Source: Klebsormidium nitens (Eukaryota; Plantae; Klebsormidiophyceae). Taken from it: 64,000 nt of DNA. Location of the stretch: NCBI GenBank assembly GCA_000708835.1, contig DF237140.1:86875-150874 (forward strand). The letters are read 5' to 3'. Positions 25,775-38,262 of the stretch are shown here, one piece after another; the first letter of the stretch is position 1, and the number at the start of each line of letters is the position of its first letter. Below the pieces are notes generated by a model. The model did not search any database and was not told where the DNA came from. It saw nothing but the letters and a program-made list of their open reading frames with translations. A program made the translations under genes and the position numbers.

Positions 25775-28700
25775 ATGGCGTCCACAAGGTTGACCTTCGA
25801 GCATGTGCTGTTGGCGTGCTCTCTTCTGGTTTGCTTGGTGTCCGTGGTGGCGTATCATGGGTACACATCCGGGGACTTCGTTCCAGGTAAGGTTTGGCAT
25901 GTTCGAAACGGGTTTGGTTGCTGGGCTTCTTTCCTCAGGCGCTTACGCAGTTTTGCATGGAGATCTTGAAGCAAGTCAGACAAAGTTGAGAAACTGAAAG
26001 GCATATTTCGAAAAGCTAGCAGCATTTTTGCGTGATCTGAAACCAGAAGTGTAGCTTTTTATTTGTATCTGATAAGGCATGCGATTCATAAGCATGCCAA
26101 AGAGATCTAATTGCTTGATTCCTTTCTTTCGAAGCTCTCAGAAGTGAGGCTGATGATTTTCAAACAAAGCTTCGAGCAGGTCCGGAACCTCTGCCCTTTC
26201 CTTGATGACTCAGGATATGTGTTTGTGCCAATCTGTCCCTATCATCTGAGCCCTTGATCCTGCAAGCAACATGAAAAAGCCTTTAGCAAAGTTTAATCTT
26301 AACCTATGAAAAAGAAACCTTCAGAAACTTTGTCGAAGTGACAGCAAACACCTACTTCTGCAGGCCAGCCGTCCGAATATATGAAGTCGGACGGCGGCTT
26401 CGAGTCCAACTGGGGCTCGGACACGGACACCAAGCCGCTCATCGACGAGGACTTCGGCACGTGGATCCTGGTCATGGAGCCGTCCACGCTGCGCCCGCCG
26501 CACTTCGTCGACGCGCACATGCTCATGGCCGTGCTGCAAGGTGCCCATTCTACGTTCTGATTTCGGCCTGCCTTTAGACTTTTGCTGTTTCTTGTTGTAG
26601 TGGTTTACACGTCTGCCCCACTTCCCAAATATTTTCCTTTCTAAGGTCTGCAGTTTTCGTCACCAGAAGTCTCTTGAAGGAGATAACGTTGACAATTGGG
26701 GCCATCAGAAAATCTGGGATCTCCCGCCCTGCATTCCATTCGCTTTACATCCCCTCTCGTCATTGCTAACAGATTACGTCACCCTTACGCAGGCACCGAC
26801 CACGGTGGCTTTCATCAACGATCAGAGCGAGGAAACCGATTCGATACCCCTTTCCAGCAGCGCATCTCGCCGTTTATCATGCCCTGTTTGCTTCTCGTCT
26901 GCTTCGTTCTTCAAGCATCTCAGTCCAATTCATTCTTTCTTTAAAACACTTTAACCTCTTTGACTAACCCTCAGGCACCGCGCGCGCGGGCATCCTCAAC
27001 GACAAGGGCGAGGAGACGGGCGTCCGCAGCTTCCGTCGCGGTGACGTCATCGCGCTGCCAGCTGGGCACGCCGTGTGGATCCTCAACAACGACACGCAGC
27101 AGAAGTTCTCCATGCTTGGGGGAGTGCGCCCGGTGACAGTCCCCCGGGAGCCGTCCAAGTGGGAGGTGGGTCACTAAAAATACTTGGTTATCCTGTTTTA
27201 AGTTGCCCGGTGATTCGGTTGGGATCTGCGAGCCGTCCAAGTGGGAGGAGGGTCACTGCGAAAGCTTAAATCTTGGGCTTTTCGAACGCTTGGTGCTTGT
27301 GTCCTGCGACCAGGCCACGTGGGTAGGACTTTGCTTTTTGTTTCATCAACGTTTGCCTGTTTACAACTCCGCAGGAGTTGTTGAGATTGGGTCGGTGATC
27401 TGAGTCAGTATTAAAAACGCATCAGTTCCTGGTTTTCTTTGTTAGGGATTCGCCAGATTGCTGCTCCGATAATGTGCGCACCTTTCTTCCAAAGGTCTCC
27501 GCATCAGCTTCGGGAATCACACATTTCCCTGGAAATATTGTTCTGGCGAATCGTGGAGCAGATACTGCCCAAGATATCTCGAACAGCGTCCTCGGATCTT
27601 CTCTCCTACTGGAGCCATCCAATGGCGAAAATGTAATGAAAATTCGCGAGGTGGCCCGGACAAACCTGAACTTCGCTTCACCTGTTGCAGTCTCGTTGTC
27701 GACAACCAGCTGACATCGAAGTCCGTGACACACGGTGCCTAGCGAATATCCTGATGAGCCCATTCACTCGACCTCTGAGGGCACGCATTTTTATAAGCAG
27801 CCCACTTATTAAAACCCTAGAATTCGAAGAACCAAAATTGAAACATCCTTTTGCAGGCTTTTCCGCTGGTGGCCGGTGAGGTGAGCGGAAAGAAGAGCAT
27901 CCTGCACGGCTTCACCAAGGACGTTCTGGCGGAGGCGTTCAACGTGGACGAGGGCCTCGTGGAAGACGTCCGCTCCAAGGCGCCGGAAACGTGAGCCAGC
28001 CGGAGCTAGAACAATCTAAGATCACTTGGTCATTCAATTGGTCCCTAGCCAGCCATTTCAAAGTTGAGATGCTTGGAGTTGATCACGTGCGCGAGCTGCG
28101 AGCGATTAATAAAGATTGAGGACGTGCGCAAACTTTCAACGCGGTGTCCGGTGAGGATCTGGAACGGGATCCGAAAGGATGGGCGCAGCGAATCTGATGG
28201 CGAACCCTTCAGTAAACTAGCGCAAGCAAGCAGTTGGTTTGTACGTGCATTTAACCTCTGTCCGCTTCGATCCCAATCCCTCTCGAGTTCCGTTTCCGTT
28301 TCCGCTTCCGCTTCCGATCCGGTACTAAGACTGGATAAGCTGAGCGCGGCGAGCTGCTGGGAAATGGTCAAGCCTGCGCGAGCAGTAAGACCATCGTCTG
28401 ACCCGTGATAACTCCCGCTCTCATTAGATTTCCGATTCTACGTTCTCCTGCAGCGTATTGATAGAGCTGGGCACGGCGGAGATGCTAGCAAAGGAGCACG
28501 AGCTGAGCATACGCAAGCAACCAGACACTCCTATAAACGAAGTCCAGTCTCATTTCCTTCCTGTTCCGTTCCGCAGCGGACTATCAAGCTGGGCGCGGCG
28601 GAGCTGCTGGCGATGGAGCACGAGCTGAGCCTGCGCGAGCAGCAGAGCCCGCACAAGGACGACGGCTACATCTACAACATCGACAAAGCGGATCCCGACT

Positions 28701-31562
28701 ACGAAGCCGAAGGCGGCCAGGTGCGATCCGGTGATTCTGCATCACACTAGTTGCAGTCCGTTTGAGTTGTCGGTGGCAGGAAAGCCAAGGGGGCAGGATG
28801 ATGGGCGTCGAGGAAGGGGAAAGCGACGAGTGGACTGTTTAATACAGCCTGGTAATTATGCTTACGACAAGCAAGGGAGCTTCGTCACATCCCACTCGCT
28901 CCCAGCCGACTTTATTGTGCAAGCTATTGATGCCGATTTTGCAGAAGCAAATTTGATCGCGAAGCGTGATAAAATGAAGTCACATCTCGGGCTTTCGACC
29001 TAGAGTGTACCAGGCTATGGCCTCGAATCTCCTGGTTGAAGTCGCGATTTGGCTCCTCTGTGCAGGTGACGCTTCTCGATAGCAAAGACTTCCCGATCCT
29101 CAAGAACCTGACCCTAGGGGCCGTCAAGACTAGCCTCAAGCCGGTAAGATCCTGTCATTTCCTGCTTCAGCGCTTCTATCATGCTTGCAGACGCGTTTGA
29201 GGATGTTTTTGTAGCTTTTATCCGTTTCCGTGAGATTCAGAGTTTCTTCATACGGAACTAGAGCACCGATCCTAGCTGCTCTCTGACTCCTGAGATCGGA
29301 CTTCAAGTGATCTCCGCCTGTTCTTGCAACAGCACGTTCATGAATTGAGAGTCAGATATTCTTATTTGTCCAGGGCGCCATGGTGCTGCCACATTACGAC
29401 CCCACATCGTCACTCCTTGGCTTCATCACCGCCGGACGTGCCAGGATCCAGGTGGGTGCTTAATCACACGGCTGCACCGTATAAGCGACATTCTACGTTT
29501 CGCTAGCCTTCTTCGAGCTCGAACCTAAAGATGAATAGAAACACAAGTGGGCTTGACATGAACGTGGATCTGACAACAGGAAACGGCTGTCCCAACTTGC
29601 TGGCTCCATAGAATATATGATTTTCTTTGGCTTTTGGAGATTGTTTTTGATCCGTCTGTGATTTAGATAGGGCCCAACCAGTTACATGGCGGGCTCATGA
29701 GGAGATAATCAAATCTCTCACTTGACATGTCAGATCAGCAAACGGCGGCTGCCATCTAACGACGGTGATCTCTTGACTGGTTCAATATTGCGTGTGGCTA
29801 TCATGCTTTGGAATTGAAAACTTTCGTCCGCCAGATTTGGGCTCCGATTTTTCTTCATTGGCCCTCCAATTTCTTCTAACGTGTTCTCCTGCAGTAAAGC
29901 TGGTTTCGTTAAACATCCCGTCCTCAGTGTGTTAGCATGATTGACCGAACATACAGTCTTCTGCGGATGGTGTGAACGGCACAGCTCGTCCACGGTTGAC
30001 GTCACGCACTGACGCGGCTTTCCCGGTCTTTTTCTGCAGGTGGCCCAGCCGGACGGCTCGACCGGAACTGACGAGGAGCTGGGCCCGGGAGAGGTCTTCG
30101 TGGTGCCGCGCTTCTTCCCGCTCGTGCAGAAGGTGAGCCCCTTTTGTATCTTGACGGCAAACCATCTTTTGCTAGTAACACTTTTCATAGAGAAATCTAT
30201 TTCGATTCAGTGTCTTCTGGTGGCCTTGCTGTGGTATGAGTTTTGAGTCGCAGAATCTGTTCATTTGGTCGCCCACTGCCTTTGACTTCCACGTGTCGTC
30301 TTAAGGAGCTCACTGCGAAATCTCGGTCGACTCGTGCCTCTCAGAACCTTGCGCAAATTGCGGTGTATCTGCTGACCTCATCGCAGATGCTGCAATTGAC
30401 ACCTGGGCGACTCGTTTGATGGTCACTTGACGCGGGCACTCCAAATGCGCTGGCTGATTTAGGAGCGGAGTTTCTGGCGTGAGAACTTCAAATCAGTTGA
30501 ACATTTTGGTGACGTTGTGAGCCTTCGACGCATTTGCCTGCGTGAAGAAAGCTCCGAAATATCTTCTGCTAAAAGTCAGCCAGGATAGCGGAAAACTCCG
30601 TCGATGTCGCCAGGTTTGCAGAGCGTGCACGTGGGCGTAGTTGATTCGCTTCACATCGAACCCCAGCTTTCTCGAGTATGAGATCCTTCTTCCCACAAAC
30701 TGGGCACCACCTATTCTGCTCACGTCATCTTATTTATACAGCACAGGCCGGCTCTGACGTCACCTTGCCGCGTGTGCAGAGTGTAGGCGACCACAACCTG
30801 GCGTGGTTCTTCTTCAGAACGACCGCCTACTCGAGGATGAAGACAGTTTTTCTAATCTGCTTACGTTAGCTTTTCGACATGAAAGCTCCTTCTGACGTCA
30901 CTCTGCCACGTGTGAAGAGCGTGGGAGACCACAATCTGGAGTAGATTGGCTTCACCACGACCGCCTGCTCCAGGATGAAAACCATTGTCCAACGGAACCA
31001 CGTATCCTGCTGACGTCACGTACAGTTTCAGCTCAAGTTCTGACGTCATCTTGCCACTTGCGCAGAGCGCGTGCGACCACAACCTGGAGTGGATAATTGG
31101 CTTCGCTACCTGCGGCCGCCTGATTGAGGATCGCAACCGTCACTTGCTTCTTTGTTTCCTGACGTCAGCCGATGTTTCTAGCTTGTTTCTGACGTCATCT
31201 TGCCACGTGTGCAGAGCGTGGGCGACCACAACCTGGAGTGGATCGGTTTCACCACGACCGCCTGCTCCAGGATGAAGACCGTCTTCCTGGCGGGGAAGAA
31301 GTCCGTCTACAAGTCGGTCCCGAACACGATTCTCGCCGCCGCGACCGATTTGGATAAGACCAAGATCAAGCAATGGCTGGAGAATCAGCCGGAAGAGTGC
31401 ATCGCCCAGAGGGAGAAAAGTGACGGAGAGGAGTTAGGGGAAGTGGAGATCGTGATTGAAGAGATTGTCGATGGACTGGGGAGGGTGAAGGGGGCAGTCA
31501 TCGAGATCCTAGAGGAGGTTTACTCGGGAGGGGCTGAGAGTGAGGAATCTCAGGAGGTTTGA
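25775..31562 (+). CDS. 7S vicilin-like bicupin (cupin B) with signal peptide, 9 exons; apparent 1-nt frame defect at the start of exon 5
   Basis: Exons 25775-25886, 26364-26540, 26975-27165, 27857-27990, 28577-28720, 29066-29143, 29374-29451, 30040-30132, 31215-31562. Same intron positions as cupin A. The sum is 1355 nt, one short of a multiple of 3. Confidence 0.85.
30750..31280 (+). repeat. Four ~138-149 bp units spanning the cupin B exon 9 acceptor
   Basis: CTGACGTCA..TGCC.C.TG.G(C/A)AG|AG.G..(G/T)G.GACCACAA.CTGG at 30780, 30918, 31066 and 31215. Confidence 0.92.
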
Positions 31563-32805
31563 TAAGCGGGGCTAGAAGTGAGGACGTGCAACGGGATTCA
31601 TTGGGAGTAAGGGATGAAGTCAGATTGTCCGAGATTAGCTTCTCAAAAGAACGCCTTCCGAAAGTGGATTGCGCAAGAAAGATAGCAAGAGGCCACGGGA
31701 TTGGTACAGGCTACACGCATGTATATGGGGTGTGTAAAAGCGATGAAGATAGAGGGGTACGATCATGCGGAGGCCCTTTAGACGCTCGAGTATTCAAAAT
31801 CTGGGCCTTGTAAAACAATGATGTACATACGAAAAGCAAAGTACACGTTAGGCTGAAAACGGTAGTACCCCTTGACAGAGAATTTGACTTCTTGTACGCG
31901 TAGATGCCATGTAAATACAGAGTGGCGTTTTTTGAACACCTGTGGCCATGAACGCAGTTCATCATTTGATTGGGCTCTTATGAATTCCATGGACCTTTTC
32001 GGAAAGATGCATGCTTCGGTGTAAGATTGGTTCGTTTCTGAGGAGGGACAAGCGCATAGTAGTCGGAGTGCCGGAATCTGTATTTAATACAATAATCCCG
32101 CTTACGAGTTTTTGCCTTTATCATGCATTGAGCCAACCCTCAAAATTAAAAGTCAAATTACCGCACGCTATCATGAGATCCAAAACGCCAGGGCCGCTTT
32201 TCTTCGTTACTAGGTGATGCATGCTGGATTCGATGACGTTACTGTACGTATGTCTTAGCGTGCTGATAACAAGCACTGCCGCGAATAACGCACGCCTCAA
32301 AGATATGTGTCGAGGGACGGAAACATGCTTCAGATTAGAGTAGGGAAACAAATAGTCGCCCGACAAAAGGTAGTGATGCCCATTCCAGATTCTGCAAATT
32401 AATTCTTTCGCCTTTCTTGTTCTGCGGTTCGACGTACATGAGGGCCGTTTAATCATGACTACGCGCTTCTAACTTCCTATGTAGTCAAAATGGCCGACCC
32501 TCGCGAAATAGTAAGTCTTACTCAAGCGAAAAGCACAACGTCAACTGCAGATTGTTATGGTCTTATCTATCTTATGAATTTTGTGATTACCCAATGCGCA
32601 TACTCGCCCACCAACTAGTAAGCAGGATCAAGGGCTTCGAAAAATTTGTACCATCCAGCAAAGCCTCAATATTTACAATTTGGCTCTTTTGATACTACAA
32701 TTGCAGTTGTAACTCATTCATTCACTCGTACTTCTAATATAAGGACCGTAGCGTGCGCCATGGGCCCGAAGGGGTGTCAACACAGGATTTATCGAGTTAT
32801 GTCAC

Positions 32806-32851
32806 TTCCGCCGTTCCGCCGTTCCGCTGTTCCGCTGCTCCGCCATTCCGC
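32806..32851 (+). repeat. 8-bp period minisatellite (TTCCGC[C/T]G)n
   Basis: ttccgccg ttccgccg ttccgctg ttccgctg ctccgcca ttccgc. Confidence 0.8.
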
Positions 32852-35800
32852 ATATTGTTTGCCCCCCCGTCACGTCCCCTGCCCTTTGATTCCTTCTCTG
32901 GTCTCCTCTCAAGTTCCTGCACAAAGAAAGAACATGAAATTGCTAAGCACTGAAACTTAGCCATCCCCCGTGGATACACCAAGCGGCACATAAGCTCCGT
33001 CGAACACAGAACCAGAGCGCTTGTGCGACGGACAGAAAGCCTCTGAGGCATACGGGAAGCTAAGACCGCACAGCGCGTTGGATTCGGGACTGGAGCGCCG
33101 GCACGACGAAGTGCGTCGAAATTGCTCATTCGGTAGCTGAACGAGCTTTACCCCAAAGGGCCTAAGCGAGGGTTTCATTGGAAATGTAATTCTTTGGCTT
33201 TCAGACGTCGGCTTTGTCGTTCCCAGCGTCACTAACTACATGCGCATTCAATCACGGCCAAAACTCTACGTGAACGGAGAAACTATCCTCGCCCTAGCGA
33301 GACATGGGCGCTTTGGCAAAAACGTGCAGACATTTTTGTCGACCTGCTTGCAGAAAGTGCTTTTCGAGAAACGAATCGTGAAGCTTTCTGCGTCAAGCGC
33401 TTGTTTTAAGCAGCACCAATAATGTCAACAGCCCACCAGACTGCCGAATCGAGCGGGAGGCAAAGGAGGACAGCACAGGGACGTACTGAGTCCCTGATAT
33501 TGACCGTCAAATTTTCTAGACGCATTTCCATCAATAGCTTGCTGTACTGGCGTCATAACCGCTTTCAAACAGTCAGACCTTGCGGCGCTAGACCGCAGCT
33601 GACAGCCGATGTGGATGTACGTATCCTGGCCGTTCACGGCAACTGAATGGAAAAGATACACAGGTTACGTTTCTAGGGTTTTGCCTGCTCCGTGCGGGCC
33701 GAAGCATACGTATTGCGCCACTTCGACACCGCATCAAGTGGACTAGACAGACGGAAAATTTATAAAGGCATCCCGATTGGTCCAGCAAAGGGTACAAGAA
33801 TGAACTTACAGTCCAGAGAAAAGTCGTCCTTGCCTAACCCGTTCTTTCAGAAAATTGATCTGGAGGTTCCGCATCAGAGGGACGAGGAAGCTCAGTGACA
33901 TGTCGCTTGCCGCATGCTTATGAACGAACATCAGAGCCATAAAACCGTCCGTAAGCGAGGGGGTGGCACAGATCAAAGCGTCAGGCAAAGAGAGCCGGTT
34001 CTGCAGTAGATGGAAGCGCAAGAAGAAGCGTCAAAAGTAGCTGAAAAGGCGTCGGTCTCAACGGAATCTTCGACTTCGTGACCGAGCCGAACGGGACCGA
34101 ACGGAAGCACCGTTTCTCGTGGACCTGTGTGTTATTAAATCGATTGGAGCTCGAAATAGTCGGCCACGCTTGATCCGCAGGCGATTATGTTCCGTTCCGC
34201 TTCGGCTCCGAAAACCACGGCGCCCTGTGCGCGCGCTAGAAGAGTGCGCCTGAGGAGGTGCTGAAAGGCGCTCGGAAGCAGGTGCACTGCCGCCTCGCGG
34301 AAACGGTGTCACGATGGACAAATATTCAACCTCGTTGACTGACGTCGGAGAGGAACATTTGTTTGGTTTCGGTGTGAACTTGAAGTTTGTGACTGAACGG
34401 TGAAACGGAAATAGAATAAACCAAGATATCAGAGGGATTCACAAGTGACTCAGACCCTTCTTGGACAACTTGCCAAGAAATTGCGTTGATCTGAACACTT
34501 TCGACAGCATCTGGAAAACGTCTAGCCATCCTCAACCTTTGCTCAAACAGGATTTGATGCCTGATCGGAACCATCGGAAACAATGGCAGAAAGGATCTTG
34601 TTTCTGTAAAATGCTTTGTCATTATATGACTGTCCATGTCTTACAGACTTCCTGAGTCTCATCCCTGGTGCCACTGATATTGAGAGAAATATCTCAGGAC
34701 TGGGCTGGAAGCGTCATCGATATCAACCCAAAATCTAATGCGTGCCGTACTACATATATGGCCGTATAGTAATTTTGTTGCGCCAGAGTCATCACGTCGC
34801 TAAGGAGCAGTTGGGCCAGCGCAACCTAGACGTAGCTTGCTGAAAAGATTTTGACGCGCAGTGTATGGAACAGTAGAATCATTCAAGCAACCCTTCAAAG
34901 TCTCTCTGACCTCGGCTCTTTCCTGGCCGCGGCTTCGGCTCATGACGCAAACAGTTGCTCTCTGACAACTTTGCCAACTCTAGCTTGCACGGAATGTTAG
35001 CCATCTGATTCTTGAATAAAGGGGCCGCTAGGGGTTGTGCCGCGCGTGACGAGATATGAGACGGTCAACAGAAAGACAAGGGAATGGCCGTTCGGCCGCG
35101 AAGCCCGAGGCTGTACGTACGCGAGGTCGCCGATCCTCTGCAGCGCCGCAACAGAAACGCGGACCACATATATTGTACGAGGACAGGCTTAAGCTTTGAG
35201 GAGTGGGAAGCTTTTAAAAGACCCTCTACGTCATCTCCGCAGCCACTGAGAAGTTAAAGAAGTAGCGCCCAAGGAGGGCCGAGCGCAGGGATACCCAATT
35301 GATGGCGTCAGAAATGCTATTCATTCGAGATTGCCACGATGCCATGCGAGATGCAGATGGTCATTGCCACTTTCCAATGGTACGATGATCACTATAATAG
35401 TTGGCAGGTAGAGGCTGACATGTAACGTTGATCAACAATCAGGGACGCCATTCCTTGCTTGCGCGCGCGTCGCGTGCCGTCGCGGGGTGGGAAACAAGGT
35501 ACGACGAAGCCGCGAAGCAAAGAGCCTGAAAATACATTCTGACAAGTTTTCTAATAGATGTCTCCGGATGTATTGATCGAAGTCAGCGGTAAGTTACCGG
35601 AGAAGACTCAGAAGCTAACATGGGTCTTGGGCTTCCGTTCTTTCGCGAATGTTTCTCGGCAGAGTTAACAGCAGCCGCAGGACGCTCAGGCTGCCTTCAT
35701 CGCCTTCGCCAAATGTTGACGGAGCTTGCCATTCGTCGTCACAAGAACCATATTATGGCCCAGCGGGGGGACATTCAATAGCTGGCGTCACGTTCTAATG

Positions 35801-38230
35801 CTTTGAGCGAGCGTCATGGGCTGGCATCCCAGGTGCAAACAATCCATTCGACGAAAGTTTGCTCACCAAACTATTGGCGGGTGGGGGGCTAGGCTGACAC
35901 AGGAATTTCTGGGGCGCTCAGTGAAAGAAAAGCTGATTACGTGCGCGGCGCACGGAGGAATGCCCAGTAACTGGCGTATGAGGGATGGTGGGATGGAATT
36001 CCAGCTGCAAACGATCCTTGCCACTTTCGACCACACTCTACTGACTGCACTAATTGGCGGGTGCAGGCTGACACAAAGTTTTAGGGCCGCCCATTGAGAG
36101 AAAAGGGCATGCCAGTTCGCCGTGACGCACGCGTGAAGATTCAAGGCCCAAATATGAAGGGCCCACGGAGCGAAGGCGCGGAGTCGTATTCACGCAAGGT
36201 GATCCAAGGTGTTCCTGTGACGACTTCTTCTCATTGCAGGGACGCGAGCGAACAACATGCAGATCAGCAACAGCTACAGACTTTGTCAACGCCCACCTTG
36301 AATAGCTTGGAGTCTACTTCAGTAGCAGGGAAAATGTTTACGTTGCCCAAAAAGCTTGTGATTTTGTTGCATTCAAGACCTGCCACATGTGTCTTGTGCG
36401 CGAACAACGCGTCGACTTTGTCGGCTTCGGCTAAGAACAAGAATCTGCTTGCCGCCTACGTGCTCTTACATGCCAAGGCTTCACAACCTTTTCACTGAAG
36501 CTTCTCGGAAAAATGGGCTTTTCTCCGATGCAAAACAAATATTGATCCTCGCCTGATGTGGGCTTATTGCCTGCGTACGCTTATATGGATGAGGCGGGAA
36601 CGGTAAGAACTTGTTCTCCGCTTGCTTTCATTTGTCCCAATATCCGGAATATCTCAGATTTGATCCAAATATCGCTTTTGGCGCGCTTGCAGTGAGTCGA
36701 ACATCAACTAGAGCACGTCGCAACACTTTCTCAGTAGATCCGTCCAACAAGTAGGAGTCCTTCCCCCGTCCTACCGGTACTGATTCAAGTGAAACGCTTG
36801 AGACCACGCCAGTTTTACATTGCTTTGAGGCGGCTGTTTCCAAATGCGGTCTGTCTGGCTGTGAATTGACCATCTTCCGCTTTCCGCGGGATATTCAGCG
36901 TAGGAGATCACGCAGAACTCGCGACTAGTGGAAACAAAGAAGAGAGGTATGATTCGTGCACGCGTTCGACTGTACGGGCGGAAGCGCGGCGGCACTCCGC
37001 TCCCTCTGAGCACTCGAAGACGTCCGACTTATTGAAGTCAGTTGACCGTTTCGAAATGACTTCAGAGTGTAGTGATCATGGAGGGCTTCAAGATCGCCAA
37101 GCTTATCGGGACGCTAGGACTTGCACCGCGTGTCGTATACTAGACTAGTGATCTGTTAAACATGTTGTGTTGTCCTGATTAGTTTTGACGCATTTCAAGC
37201 GGGTGTCCTGTAGCGGCATCATGAACGCTTGAAAGCTTAGAACGCCGCTTGCCGCGCTAGAGCGCAGCTCAAAGCGCCTGAACCTATATGCATTCTTGCC
37301 GTTCACAGCGTCTTAAAGAGAGCAGATTTGAAGTAGCTTTCTAAGGGGCTAGAAAGACGGACTGATCACAGAGGCATCGGGATTGCTTCGACAGCGGATT
37401 CATATGGACTTGTTTGCCAGAGGCTGATTATCCTTGCCCCTATCGACGGCTTTGCAGAATTTCTACGTGGATTTTGAATCAGAGAAACTCGCAAGCTTCT
37501 AAATGCTGCGGAGGGCACGCTCACTAAGGAAAAACCTGGATCGCCCAGAAGCGAGGGAGGGTACAAATGAAAGGTCGAGCGGAGAAAAGCCGGAATCTTT
37601 AGAGCGACAGAAGCGCAAAGGAAGACATTGTAAAGAGACCGGTACCGCGTTGACTCTCCAAGGACCCTTTGACGTCGGGTCTGAGCCGAATCGGAGCTGA
37701 CCAGAAGCAACACCCTCTCCGAATACTGTCAGTCCGTCGTACGGATGAGACGCCGAAAGAATCAACGACCTTAACGGTCTTTTGTTTGCAAGGCTTCTCA
37801 GTCGTTCGGCTTTTGACTCAATGCTCCCGACTCGGACGCAAAGTCATGCCCGAGCAACTTAAGTCTGGACATGATGTTTGAATTTGTCCGAATTTTTCCG
37901 GACCAGTTTAATTCAGTCGTTTTCGGCTACGTTAAAAGAGTATTTTGAGCAATCGCGTCTAAACCAGTCAACTCTCAGATTGAGCTCCATCTTACCGTAG
38001 GACAGACTTCAGATCAAGCTTAGCCACAAGCGGGTGAATGACGCAAGGGATCCGCGACCGTGAAGCGGTTTACCTCTAAGTGGGCGTAGCAGCGCGCTTG
38101 CAATGTCGATTGGAAGGCTAGATTTGTTGCTATACAAGACGATTAGTGCCGTCCCGGACTTTGATTGGATGAAAGAGCGACGTCGGTGATGCCGTCCGTC
38201 AGGTCCTGAATGTGAAGGACGGCATCAGAT

Positions 38231-38262
38231 AGATACGCCCACTTTAAGATACGCCCACTTTA
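38231..38262 (+). repeat. 2 x 16-bp perfect tandem duplication
   Basis: AGATACGCCCACTTTA twice. Confidence 0.85.

Noticed and set aside
1-31562. P450 + glycosyltransferase + transporter-like genes as a biosynthetic gene cluster
   Set aside because: GT90 acts in the secretory pathway, and the DedA and FAX4-like proteins look like conserved plastid membrane proteins. There is no scaffold enzyme and no evidence of co-regulation.
31711-32456. Minus-strand ORFs 32121-32456, 31778-31990 and 31711-31965 as a transposase remnant
   Set aside because: AT-richer and coding-like in places, but no catalytic motif I can name and no termini.
36094-36498. 134-aa plus-strand ORF and the partly open antisense frame
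   Set aside because: No family motif, and it begins at the end of a head-module repeat; probably chance or a decayed relic.
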